DNA of 64,000 nt, from contig NC_043005.1 in the NCBI RefSeq assembly GCF_006345805.1, positions 26,288,001 to 26,352,000 of the forward strand, in the 5' to 3' direction. Below the pieces are notes generated by a model, which made no database searches, was not told the DNA's origin, and saw only the letters and a program-made list of their open reading frames with translations. Source of the DNA: Octopus sinensis. Lineage: Eukaryota. The translations under genes and the position numbers were made by a program. This document shows, piece by piece, positions 26,063 through 38,211 of this stretch (position 1 is the first letter of the stretch; every line of letters starts with the position of its first letter).

Positions 26063-26326
26063 TCTGGGATGTGTCGACAACTTGGAAAGTTCCCTTAATT
26101 TCTGTGAAAGATTGTGACCCAATTCAGCAAGGGCCGTTGAGTTAAACACCGGCCCTACTGCAACACTGCTTCCCTTGTCCTTAGTTTCTGCACTGCACTG
26201 AGCATGTTTTGTTTGGCTGCGTTGTGTGCATGATGACGTAGAGAGTTGCAGTTGCACAAACATCATGTGATCTCCAAGTTTCATGGCCAACAGGAGAGGT
26301 GCACGGCCTGACAGAAAGTCATTAAC
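26063..26326 (-). CDS. MIDN: Midnolin exon: Catch1
   Basis: ctgtttag|GTT AAT...CCC AGA|gtaagt, 264 nt, phase 0-0. Reads [28 protein letters not shown], matching human [28 protein letters not shown]. Confidence 0.96.
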
Positions 26327-26335
26327 CTAAACAGT

Positions 26336-26382
26336 AAAATAATAATAATAATAATAATAATGATAATAATAATAATAATAAC

Positions 26383-26432
<50 letters not shown>

Positions 26433-26512
26433 TAATAATAATAATAATGATAATGATAATAATAATAATGATAATAATAATAATGATAATGATAATAATG
26501 ATAATAATAATG

Positions 26513-26585
<73 letters not shown>

Positions 26586-26626
26586 TAATGATAATAATAA
26601 TAATGATAATGATAATAATAATAATG

Positions 26627-26681
<55 letters not shown>

Positions 26682-26712
26682 TAATAATAATAATAAAAAT
26701 AATAATAATAAT
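26336..26712. repeat. ~380-bp (AAT)n/(GAT) microsatellite directly upstream of the Catch1 acceptor
   Basis: Directly visible; it produces the poly-Ile and poly-Tyr ORFs. Confidence 0.98.
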
Positions 26713-27127
26713 AAAACAAACTATGCTGGAAGAAGCCTGACATAGTCTTAATTGAGAAAGAAAACAAACTATGCTGGATCGTAGATATAGCATGCCCAGC
26801 TGACAACAAGGTGTGCGATAAGGAAGAAATAAAAGTTGAGAGATGACGGGTTAGCTTGTGAAGTTAAGCAGGTGTGGTCGATGAAAAAGGTAGCAGTGGT
26901 ACCAATAATTGTCGGAGCCCAAGGAACAGTGAGTAAAAAAACTCGAGAAGTATGTGGAAGAAATAGGGGCTGCAATAAGGGTGGAGCACTAGCAGAAAAC
27001 AGCACTGCTTGGAACCACTCGAATACTCCGGAAGGTGCTCAAAAAATAAGGAGTATTACCTTAGTTCACTCATAGTGAACAGCTGACACTGTAGTACAGC
27101 TCCAGCATTAGAAGCTGTGCAAAGGCA
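26713..27127 (+). mobile_element. 5'-truncated R4/Dong 3' end (RLE domain) inserted in (AAT)n
   Basis: Reads KPDIVLIEKENKLCWIVDIACPADNKV...VVPIIVGAQGTVSK...KTALLGTTRILRKVL. Flanked by (AAT)n on both sides. Confidence 0.9.
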
Positions 27128-27150
27128 ATGATAATAATAATAATAATAAT

Positions 27151-27616
27151 GTACATTGTTTTGTCTTGGTATAAATATTCTGCTCAATACCACAGATTTG
27201 CTAGTTTGTTGTTTGACCTTAACCAGTTGAGCATATCCCTTAGTGGCTGGTGATATGTGCATCTCTGATCATGAGCAGAAGTTGTTGGGGAGCATCATAG
27301 CCATGTGTTGAGATAAATTCTTTGGGGTTTGGATAATTCACCTTTGGAAACATGGGTGTTTCATTCAACATCTTTAAACAACCCATATTCAGGGACCTTT
27401 TGAGCGAGGTGGGTTACTCGACCTGAAGAAAACTGGACCCCACCTGCAAGGTCATGCACTGTTTATTTTGATATGAGATCAACATGTTGTGCACATAAGG
27501 TCATGATATATGTGCCTGGTGTACCCTTATCAGACGGGTAGCCATGATGGGTATACTGGGCTTCGTATAACTGTAGCCCAATGTCACTTTGATGGCATGC
27601 ACTGCTCTCTCACTCA
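27151..27616 (+). mobile_element. Non-coding retroposon family D with (AAT)n on both flanks
   Basis: Homologous over ~470 bp to the inverted copy at 62726-63235. Has an (AAT)n tail. Confidence 0.8.
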
Positions 27617-27621
27617 TTTAC

Positions 27622-27652
<31 letters not shown>

Positions 27653-27934
27653 GTTGATTAAAATTTTCGCACAAGGCAAGGAATTTTGAGGGGAGGGGCT
27701 TTAGTCAATGCCATAGATACTTGACTGGTGCATTATTTTATTGACCCTGAAAAGATTTCGATTCAGAATGCCAAGAGCAACACATCATGGCACTTCTCAA
27801 TAGAAGCAGGTCATAACAACAGTGCATGTGTTTAATATGTGGTCTCAGTATGTCTCTACCAAAATCAAATGATATTTAGAAATAACTAAAAGAAAGAGAA
27901 TAGATGAAGGAGGTAAACATTTGAGAAATTCTAC

Positions 27935-27991
27935 CTGAGACTCTGAAAGGTTCTCAAGTGCCTGGATGACGCCAACATCTGTTCGATGGAA
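27935..27991 (-). CDS. MIDN: Midnolin 57-nt exon linking Ubl and Catch1
   Basis: ccttttttcag|TTC CAT...TCT CAG|gtagaa, phase 0-0. Reads FHRTDVGVIQALENLSESQ, matching human PEQSVMQALESLTETQ. Confidence 0.92.
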
Positions 27992-28039
27992 CTGAAAAAA
28001 GGATAGAAAAAAACACGATATTACTTATGGAGATAACAT

Positions 28040-28510
28040 AGGATTGAATTCAGTTCTATATTTAAGAGATGAGGAATTATGTACATTATTTACATTTGAC
28101 GGATATTTGTCATCATCTTGTTTGTTGTTAATACGTTTCAGCTGATATACCCTCCAGCCTTAATCAGGTGTCTTGCAGAAATTTCGAACTTGGGTTCTCA
28201 TTCCAAAGGTATTTTTCGATGTTGTTAATATTATTATTATTATTCAGGTCACTGCCCGCGCTCTTAACCACTATGCCCACGGGGCATATGGTGTAGTGGT
28301 TAAGAGCACAGGCTACTACTAACTGCAAGACTCCAAGTTCGATTCCAAGCAGTGACTTGAATAATAATAATAAAAATACCTTAGGAATGAGGACCCAGGT
28401 TCGAAATTTCCCCAAGACACCTGATGAAGGCTGGAGAGTATACCAGCCGAAACGTTGTGTTAACAACAAACAAGATGAGGACAAATATCTGTCAAATGTA
28501 AATAATGTAG
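28040..28510. mobile_element. Head-to-head inverted pair of tRNA-head hammerhead-SINEs
   Basis: Minus copy ~28040-28280 and plus copy ~28281-28510. The plus copy has A-box tggtgtagtgg, B-box-like aagttcgattcc, then (AAT)n and the hammerhead. Confidence 0.85.
28417..28460 (+). ncRNA. Intact minimal type I hammerhead ribozyme motif
   Basis: ACAC CTGATGA A GGCTGG AGAGTATA CCAGCC GAAACGTT GTGT. Stem I is ACAC/GTGT, stem II is 6 bp, stem III is the palindrome ACGT, and the predicted cleavage triplet is GUU. Confidence 0.75.
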
Positions 28511-28789
28511 AATTGAATTGTTTGGCAATAAAGTCTAATGTTGTTTCAACTCAAGAAATTGTCTAACCCTTTTGATACCAACCTGCCTGAAACTGACACT
28601 GGTTTTATAATGCAAACTTCTTGTTTTAATCTGACCTAAAAGGAAATCTTCCATCAAATTTCATGCTAATTTGTCCCAAACACCAACTTAGTAATGATAA
28701 TTTCTCTAAACTGAACATTATTTTCAACAATAATTGAAATAAAAGCAGTGTATTTCAAAGGAGATGTGATAACAAGAGGTTTAAGAGAC

Positions 28790-29130
28790 ACAACGAGGAT
28801 AAGTCTTGTCTAAGCTTACGTATGAGGAACATCTCCAACGGCTGGCATTATCTTCACTCGAACGACAGAGAATGTGGGGACCCCCTCTGAATCTGGCTTT
28901 CAACATCTTCAACAGGAATGTAAATCTACCATTAGCAGAGTTTTTCACCCCTGCACTGAATAGAAGTCTTCATGGGCTTGATCGCAAACTCTATCCCCGA
29001 CACTTTTGACTCAACAGGAAGAAGGCTGCATTCTCCATCCATATCGCAGCTTCAAGGAACAAGCTGCCACAAGGAGATTGTCAACACACAGCGAATACCA
29101 AAGGAGATTTGAAAATGAAACCGCTCTTGA
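28790..29130 (+). mobile_element. CR1-clade LINE 3' fragment
   Basis: Reads LTYEEHLQRLALSSLERQR...FFTP...KL...NRKKAAFS...RNKLP, resembling the CR1 C-terminal LSYEERL..L.L.SLE.RR motif. Confidence 0.75.
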
Positions 29131-30344
29131 GTTTATCATTATGGAAAACCCTACGATCTTCAAAAACATTAACCAGAAAAGACTTGGCATTTAGTGAGCC
29201 TCTAGTTTAAAGGTCAAGGTTATGGGGAACCTACTTACAGTGTGGTTCATTGATGTGTCTGCCCCCACTATACATGTCTAAGGTTTTCCAATGGAGAGTT
29301 TTCCTTTTATGGACAAATCTCTAGCAAACCATCCTACCCTCATGGACCCAACACCACAGCAGTTTGAGTTTCTCAGTTTATTTTCTGCCCCTCTATACCA
29401 TTCCTCAGCTATACAGTTCATAGGCCAGGAAGTGACAACAAATTAAAAAAAGGTATATACAAATAAAAATGGATCTGTTCAGGACTTCCTTTAAAATGTC
29501 TTTATCTGGTGGTTTCACATTAAAATCTTCAAAGTAATCACATCGCATCACCATTGCAAATGCTGCATGTTTTAATAACAAAATCAAAGAAAGGAAATTT
29601 TTTCCCCCTAAAACCTTGAACTATTCATGGAAAGCCTTGTGGCTTGATGTCCCTTTAAAGGACTTCGGAACGCATATTTTAACAACCAGATCACAGAGAG
29701 AACATTTTCCCCACTAAAACCTTGAACTATTCATCAAAACCCTTGTGGCTTGGTGTCCCTTGAAAGGACTTTGAAATGTTTGAGATATACTAAGGAAAAA
29801 GAGACACAGCAAGAGAAGAAGTAAGAGGCTCTTACTTATCACTGAGTGATAAAAGCTACTTCAATGACAGTCATACTAGCTGGTTTCTGAGAGACTGTAT
29901 TCTCTCTAATTATCAAACATATGTAGACCCTTTGCCAATTATTTCTGTCTGAAATATTTTAGAGCAGGAATTCTTAATTTGACGTGGCTGCACTCCCCTG
30001 GGGGAACAAAATGGCATTAGATCAAAGAAACACAGTACATGATTTATTAAAATTGCTTTACAGGATAAAATTATTAATAATTAACACTTGAAAATAACTT
30101 CATTCTGAGTCATCATCATCATTGCTTAATGTCCGTTTTCTATGCTGGCATAGGTTGGACGATTTGACTGAGGTCTGGAGAGCCAGCAGCTGCACCAGAC
30201 TCCAATCTGATCTGGCAATGTTTCTACAGCTGGATGCCCTTCCTAACACTAACCACTCCAAGAGTGTAGTGGGTGTAGTGTGTGCTTATGTATACATATC
30301 TATAGGTATATATATGAGTATATATATATATATATATATATATA

Positions 30345-30652
30345 TCATGTGATCACGTGACTAACCAGGCTATCAGATATTTCTACTCATCGCTGGTCAC
30401 AATGCACTTTGCATTGTTTTACCGTTCAAATGATGCCACTCCGCTGGCTAAGCGAGCATGCCAACAGAAGAAAGAGTGAGAGAAAGTTGCGGCGAAAGGG
30501 TACAGCAGAGGTCGCCACCACCCCGTGCCAGAGCCTCATGGAGACTTAGGTGTTTTTGCTCAATAAACACACACAACGCCCGGTCTGGGAATCGAAACGG
30601 CGATCCTCTGACCGTGAGTCCGCTGCCCTAACCACTGGGCCATTGCACCTCC
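30345..30652 (-). mobile_element. tRNA-derived SINE family E
   Basis: Head ggaggtgcaatggcccagtggttagggcagcgg...ttcgattcccagacc. A partial inverted copy lies at ~44600-44760. Confidence 0.75.
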
Positions 30653-30990
30653 ACATATATATATATATATATATATATGAGCGCTGTCAACAACACATCC
30701 ATAATATACCATCTTCTCCCTCAACATCTTTCACAAACACAATAAATCTTTAACCTTTCAGCATTCACATTAATCTGTCAAATGCAATGCTTACTTATTC
30801 ACATTGTTTTAAATTAGTCTTGCATTATCTCCAAGTTTTGAGATTTAAAAGATGTAACTGTTTCTTTTTAGAATGACATTGCAGGGTAGGAGTGAGAGGC
30901 TGGATCTGACTGGCTGAAACATTAAAACAGATAGAACAATTTGGCCCAGATGTGGCTGGTTTAAATTCTTAAAGACTTGAATAAACTTAC

Positions 30991-31078
30991 CGTCATTCCA
31001 CTTTCCATATTTGGGAACAGGAAAATACGACTGAATTCTGTAACTTGGTTTTCTAACAAACTTCCTTCTTTCAGGGGT
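30991..31078 (-). CDS. MIDN: Midnolin exon: C-terminal half of the ubiquitin-like domain
   Basis: tttttaaccacag|A CCC CTG...ATG ACG|gtaagt, 88 nt, phase 2-0. Reads PLKEGSLLENQVTEFSRIFLFPNMESGMT, matching human RLSSGKLQEFGVGDGSKLTLVPTVEAGLM. Confidence 0.9.
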
Positions 31079-31144
31079 CTGTGGTTAAAAAAAAAAAGAT
31101 AAAATGATTAGTTTATACAAATAATAATAATAATAATAATAATG

Positions 31145-31195
<51 letters not shown>

Positions 31196-31357
31196 GTGAT
31201 GATGATGATGATGATGATAACAACAACAAATAATAATAATCCTTTCTACTGTAGGCACAAAGCCTCAAATTTGGGGGAAGGGATTAAGTTGATACATTGA
31301 CCCTAGTGCATAACTGGTACCTATTCAATTGATCCTGAAAGGATGGAAAGAATAAAA

Positions 31358-31394
<37 letters not shown>

Positions 31395-31404
31395 TAATAA
31401 TAGG

Positions 31405-31944
31405 TGCAGGAGTGGTTGTGTAGTAAGTAACTTGTTTCCCAAACACATGGTTCCGGGTTCAGTCCCACTACCTGTCACCTTGGGCAAATGTCTTCTACTA
31501 TAGCCTCAGGCGGACTAAAACCTTGTGAGTAGATGTGGTAGATGGAATCTGAAAGAAACCCGTTGTATATGTATATATATATGTGTGTGTGTGTATGTAT
31601 ATGTTTCTGTGTCTGTGTTTGTCCTCCAACATCGCTTGACAACCGATGCTGGTGTGTTTATGTCCCTGTATCTTATCGGTTCGGCAAAAGAGACCAATAG
31701 AATAAGTACTAGGCTTACAAAGAATAAGTCCTGGGGACGATTTATTTGACTTAAGGCAGTGCTCCAACATGGCTGCAGTCAAATGACTGAGACGAATAAA
31801 ATGTAAAAAAAAACAAAAACAAATAACAATCCTTTATACTGGAAGCACAAGACCTGAAATTTGGAGGAAGGGATTAAGTTGATACATCAACCCCAGTGCA
31901 TAACTGGTACTAATTTTATCGACCTTGAAAGGATGAAAGGAATA

Positions 31945-31998
<54 letters not shown>

Positions 31999-32410
31999 TT
32001 GATATGTAGGAGTGGCTGTGTGGTAAGTAGCCTGCTTACAAACTACATGGTTCCAGGTTCAGTCCCACTGCGTGGCACCTTGGGCAAGTGTCTTCTACTA
32101 TAAGTCTCGTGCCGACCAAAGCCTTGTGAGTGGATTTGGTAGATGGAAACTGAAAGAAGCCCGCCGTATATATGTATATATATGTATATGTATGTGTGTA
32201 TGTGTTTGTATGTCTGTGTTTGTCCCCTCAACATCGCTTGACAACCAATGTTGGTGTGTTTACCTCCTTGTAACCTAGCAGTTCGGCAAAAGAGACTGAT
32301 AGAATAAGTACTAGGCTTACAAAGAATATGTCCTGGGGTCGATTTGCTCAAATAAAAGAGGCGGTGAGCCAGCATGGCCACAGTCAATTGACAGAAACAA
32401 GTAAGGGTAA
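31405..32410 (+). mobile_element. Two tandem SINE-A copies (~31405-31805, ~32005-32410) separated by family B fragments and (AAT)n
   Basis: Match to the family A consensus seen elsewhere in the window. Confidence 0.85.
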
Positions 32411-32414
32411 AAGA

Positions 32415-32455
<41 letters not shown>

Positions 32456-32859
32456 TAATAATAATAATAATAATAATAATGACAACAATAATAATCCTTT
32501 TTACTATAGGCGCAAGGATTGGGATTTGTGGGGAGGGGTTAGTCAGTTACATCACCAGCACCCCACCCCACCCCCAGACTGGTACTTATTTTACCAACCA
32601 GCATCAGCACCACCGCCACCCTCAATATCATCATCATCATAGACATTGCCATCACCATTACCCTACCACCACCACCACCACCACTACCACCAACATAATC
32701 ATACATGATTTTTAAGCTTGATTTTTTTTTTTTTTTTTGCTTTCCATGCTGGCAGGAATTTCAATAAAACTTGTTTAAAAGCAATGCTTTTTTTACTGCC
32801 CGATGGCATTCATATCAATAAACCTTACACTTGTTTTCCAAATAAAGTATTTATTTCTC

Positions 32860-32937
<78 letters not shown>

Positions 32938-34101
32938 TTCACATAATAAACTGCACAACTGGACAAGTTTTACAACAGACAACAACAATAGCATTGCCAA
33001 TGTGGTGACATTGTTTTAGACTAAAAACCACAAAGACCACCAGACAGAAATAAAAAGCCACAGAATACACACATGTGTAGATATATTCTCTTGAGTGTAG
33101 CCATGCTGGAGCACTGCTTTTAGTCGAACAAATCGACCCCGGGACTTATTCTTTGTAAGCCTACCACCTATCCTATCAGTCTCTTTGCTGAACCAATAAG
33201 TTACGGGGACGTAAACACACCAACATCGGTTGTCAAGCAATGGTTGTGGGGACAAACACAGACTGGATAAACAGCCAACAACTGATGCAGGGTCGTTCTT
33301 TATGTTGCTTGTTTTGTTTTCCATTTCTGTCTTTGATTGTTCGAAAGAATAGTTCATGTTCCATGTGGTCATGCTTCATATTTTTTTGTTGTTGTTGTAC
33401 ACGTTTCGTGAAGTCCTGTGTCCACATATGCATATATATATATATATATATCATCGTCGTCGTCATTGTCGCTTAGCATCTGCTTTCCATGCTAGCATGG
33501 GTTGGACTGTTCAACTGGGGTCTGGGAAGCCAGAAGGCTGCACCAGGCCTAGTCTGATCTGGCAATGTTTCTACGGGGCTTCTTTCAGTTTCTGTCTGCC
33601 AAATCCACTCACAAGGCTTTGGTCGACCTGAAGCTATAGTAAAAAAAAACACTTGCCCAAGGAGCCATGCAGTGGGACTGAACCCAGAACCATGCGGTCA
33701 GGAAGCAAGCTTCTGACCACACAGCCACTCCTGTGCCTGTATATACATATATAACATATGTCCCATCATTTAATGTTCACTTTACATGCTGCCATGTCTT
33801 GAATGTTTGCCAGGAGCTGGCATGTCAGAAGACATAACCCAAACTCAACTGCCTGCTTCGGCATGGTTTCTATGGCTGGATGCCCTTCTTAATGCTGACC
33901 TCTTTACAGTATACTGAGTGGATTGTACATGGCACCAGCACCATCAAGGTCACCAAGTACCTTGCAAGTCAAGTGCTCTCAACTAAGAGGAAAGAGTAGT
34001 ATGAAGGAAGGTGGCTTAGTGCCAGATGACAAGAGGTTAAGAGTGTTTGAGGAAATAGAAACAGGTGTCCAGCAGAAGCAGGAGATACTACATATATATA
34101 T

Positions 34102-34134
<33 letters not shown>

Positions 34135-35700
34135 TGCTAGTGAAGCGGCCATGTTTACATTGTAAATATTTTATTAGGTAACTTTTGTTCTTTTTAAGTG
34201 GATGGGCAATATGCTAGATATAGACGTCAAAATAGCGATTTGTATGTAAAAATATTTTAATCTTCCGATTGCTTTAATATGCTAGGCCACTGGTTTTAAT
34301 TGATTAATATCAATTTCTACCCTTATTCAATTTTATATATATATATATAAACACATACACATGCAATCTGGTGAGACATTCCAAGGACTGTGTATATTTG
34401 ATCAGATACGAGGAACAGAAACACAGGGTCTTGCAGTGGAGAAGATTCTCTCTCTCCCTCTGTGTATACATACACATATATACACACACACATACACACA
34501 GCACAGATACACACTCATACACAAACACATACATATATGTATATATATATATATATATATATAATAGATAAAGAGAATGAGAGAGAGGGGGTGTATTATA
34601 AATAGGGAAGCAAACAGTGAGGTAGTATATAGGGTATGCAAAAAGCTCTCCGCATTGAATTTTTTCCATCCTGACCTCCAAGATGTATTTCAAAACATGT
34701 GTAGAAGAATCTTCTGCATTGAAAAATGAAGGTCGACACTTTCAACACCTCTTATAATAAAGTCTTGCAAAGTCTAATATCTTCTTTTGTAGTCTTAAAC
34801 CATCTTATATATATATATATATTTATTTATTTTGCAATAAAGTACTTGACTGCGGAGACTTCCTGAAGAGCTGTAGTATGGTGTTGGTGGACAGTTGAAA
34901 ACGTCACTTATATTCATCCGCCCACGTATCGTGTATGTGAGTGTGTGATGAACAGCTTTGATTTAAAATACTTGAATGTGAAACAATGTGTTTGTGTTTA
35001 AAAAACGCGCAGACACACGTGCTAGGTGCTTGTGTTTATCTATGCGAATGTGTATTTATGATGGAGCAGATAAGTACCTCTATACGTAGGTATGTGTGTG
35101 TGTGTGTGTGTATAGAGATAGATAGATAGAGAGCGATATAAACTAATTCACGTTTGCCTGACATCTATATTATTCATCAGAGCAGACGGATTAAACAAAG
35201 CAGTTGTTTATGACTGATAATAAGTATTCGTGTCTTTCAATGAACGAACGACCTTAATAACATCTATACGACAACAACAACAACGACCACCACCACAAAA
35301 TTGTAACAACTATCTTTAGCAGCGGACGTCTTCTAACTGGTGAGTGAAACTAAGTTATCTCTGCGAGGGCGGCAGGGCCAAGGTAGCTTAGAGGTCAGGG
35401 TGCTGCACTCACAATAGCAACTTTGCCGGTTCGATTCCCAAACCAGGTTGACGTGTTGTTTGTCTTGAGCGAAATGCTTCTTCTCACGCCGTTCCGCGAT
35501 CACTTCGTCATCTGTTGCGTAGCACATCGTGCACCTGTACAGGTAATGTCGATCTGAAGGAAGGAGTGAGCTAATTTGCAGCACGAACATTTGATCACGA
35601 AAAAAATTATCATCTGAAAGAAATGGCAGAACCGTCTTCCCCCCGGAGTCGAGCGACTAAGTTGCCTGTCTAAGCTGACTGTTTGTCTGTCTGTCCCCAC

Positions 35701-35858
35701 CAAGGGCAGACTGAGAGTATAAAGGGCCTTCGGGCATAACTGTTCACCGGGCCTCTTAGCATTGATATCGAAGAAAGTAAACATGTTGAGTGCGGGCCCT
35801 TTCAGAGCTCCCGGCCCTCGGGCAGTATCCGGTTGACCGACGGCTCAGTCCGCTCTTG
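35701..35858. mobile_element. hAT-type MITE
   Basis: 15-bp imperfect TIR caagggcagactgag/ctcagtccgctcttg. 8-bp flanks gtccccac/atctccac match at 6 of 8. Confidence 0.6.
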
Positions 35859-35893
35859 ATCTCCACACACTAACATATGTTTGTATCTATGTA

Positions 35894-36543
35894 CGAAGAA
35901 AAGTAAAAAGTTATCCACACTTTCGCCATAACATATCTTTATTATCACACTGCATTCTGCGCATGCGTGTTTATAGTTGGTACTATTGTGGTCACGTGAT
36001 CGAAGTTTGAGCGTGATCGCGCCGTTTTTCTTTCTCGTTTTACAATGTAAACATGGCCGCTTCACTAGCAATGTGTACCAAAGAAGAACAAAGAGCAGCG
36101 ATCCGATTTCTCTGGTCGGAACGTGTGTCAGGTGCTGAAGATCATCGGTGGCTTTTAGCACAATACAGGGACAGTACACTACTGCGTAGAAGTGTGTATG
36201 AGTGGATCAAAAAGTTTAAAAGTGACGCCTGAACAGGGAGCAGGACACCCGTCAACCTCCACCACTGACGGGAAGATTCAGCAAGCTCGAGAGATGGTAA
36301 TGGTGAACCGGTTCACTACTACCATTTCTCGGATCACTGCTCTTTGCTCTTATTTTGTGCACATTGCAAGTGGAACGGCCACGCTTGCACAGTAAAGTCA
36401 TAAAGAAAATGGCGCGTTCAGGTTCAAACTTCGATCATGTGACCACAATAGTACCAACTATAAGAAAGCTGAGACAGAAGGCAGTGTGACAATAATAAAG
36501 AAATGTTATGGCGAAAGTGCGGATAATTTTTGACTTCTATTCG
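35894..36543 (+). mobile_element. Non-autonomous mariner derivative with ~130-bp inverted ends and the transposase N-terminus
   Basis: TA flanks. Reads MAASLAMCTKEEQRAAIRFLWSE...RRSVYEWIKKFK (mariner HTH). The right end is an inverted copy of the left end. Confidence 0.85.
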
Positions 36544-37087
36544 TATGTATGATGTATTGACAGACAGATAGATACTAGTACGGAAAAGACTGAGTGATCA
36601 AGAAGTTAGCTTCTGAAATACGTGGTTCAACAGAAACCGGCGAAACGGTGGTTCGGCGATTCAGAAAGGAAATGGTGAACATTGGGCATATCTATACATA
36701 AGAGAATTGGCATTGCGAATGTATATCAAATACTTCAAATTTAATTATGAACTGTCCAGTCACGCTCATTGATATAAACGCCAACTTTTTCATACTTTTC
36801 GGAACGCTAAAGGTGTACTTGCGAATGTTTTTGTCTACTGCGTGGTACCGTGGGCAAGCGTCTTCTACAATAGCCTCGGACAGACGAATGCCTTGTGAGT
36901 GAATTCGATAGGTGGAAACTATGTGGAAGCCTGTCCTGTGTTTCTGTGTGCTTGTCTGTCCCCATGGTGTTAGACAACCTATGCTGGTTTGTTTTCGTTC
37001 CCGTAAGCTAGCGGTTTGCTAAAAGTTTACTATAGAATAAGCAGTCTTAAGAAGAATAAGTACGGGAGTTGATTTGTTCGACTGAGC

Positions 37088-37204
37088 CAGTCACCAGTAA
37101 CCTGCGGCCCGCGGGACTTTCTGAATGGTACACCTGACGAGAAATAATAACCTTTAGTTCTTTAGTAGTTCGGCCCGCTTCTCGAAAACGGTTACTCGGG
37201 TCTG
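37088..37204. mobile_element. hAT-type MITE inserted in a SINE-A copy (~36840-37270)
   Basis: TIR cagtcaccagtaacc/ggttactcgggtctg. TSD gactgagc/gactgaac matches at 7 of 8. Confidence 0.7.
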
Positions 37205-37592
37205 GACTGAACCTTTAACGCAATAACTCCCAGCATGACTGCAATCCAATGACTGAAACAAGTACACGTTAAAAGGGCACATACACACACACACATATAT
37301 ACGTGATCGATGTCAGGTTCGCCTGACTGGCCCCGTGTCGGTGACACGTAAAAAACACCCACTACACTCTCGGAGTGGTTGGTGTTAGGAAGGGCATCCA
37401 GCTGTAGAAACATTGCCAGATAAGACTGGAGCCTGGTGCAGCCTCCTGGCTTTCCAGACCTCAGTCAAATTATTAAGATATTTGTAAAATTTACCTGTAA
37501 GTTTTTTATTTCGTGCTGACACCCTGGTAAAATTATTAATGACTTTTACCCTTTATTATAATTAATATATACATATATGTATACATATATAC

Positions 37593-37629
<37 letters not shown>

Positions 37630-38178
37630 ATTTTTCAGAGTGTGTATATATTTTTGTGTGTATGTGTGTATATACATTTATTTTCAGCAATTTGCGTATG
37701 TCTACAATGCAAGTATGTATATGTAATGCATATTATGGCTGTAAGTACAAACACAGCTGAAAAATAAAACTCTACCACGTAAGCACGTGTTCAACAGTTG
37801 CTGTTCATTCATAGTTTAGGTGGCGAGATAAATATAGAAGAGGGGAGGGTGAAGGAAGTAAAATGGTGGGAGGGAGAGAGAGAGAGAGAGAGAGTAAGTG
37901 AAAGACAGAGAAAAGAAAAGAGAGAGAGAGAGGGCTTTACCAAATAAGGAGATATTCTCGCTGCGCTACACGTTGAGCTAACTAACGAGTAGAGTGAGAT
38001 TGTGAAAGATAAAGGGTGTAATAGATACAAAGAAAGAGAGAGAGGATGTACGCTAGATTTATGGATATGTGTGTGTGTGTGTGTTTACGACATTGTAAGC
38101 TTTAGTGTTCATTCATGAAAATGAATAGCAAATGCGAACCTTCATTCAGTGCCTAGCTACAGTATACACACACACACA

Positions 38179-38211
<33 letters not shown>

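Noticed and set aside
26281-26809. Poly-Ile and poly-Tyr ORFs of 126-170 aa
   Set aside because: They come from the (AAT)n microsatellite in a midnolin intron.
28281-28350. tRNA-like sequences at SINE heads (also ~30560-30650 and ~35375-35450)
   Set aside because: They lack a complete cloverleaf and continue into repeat bodies, so they are SINE heads and not tRNA genes.
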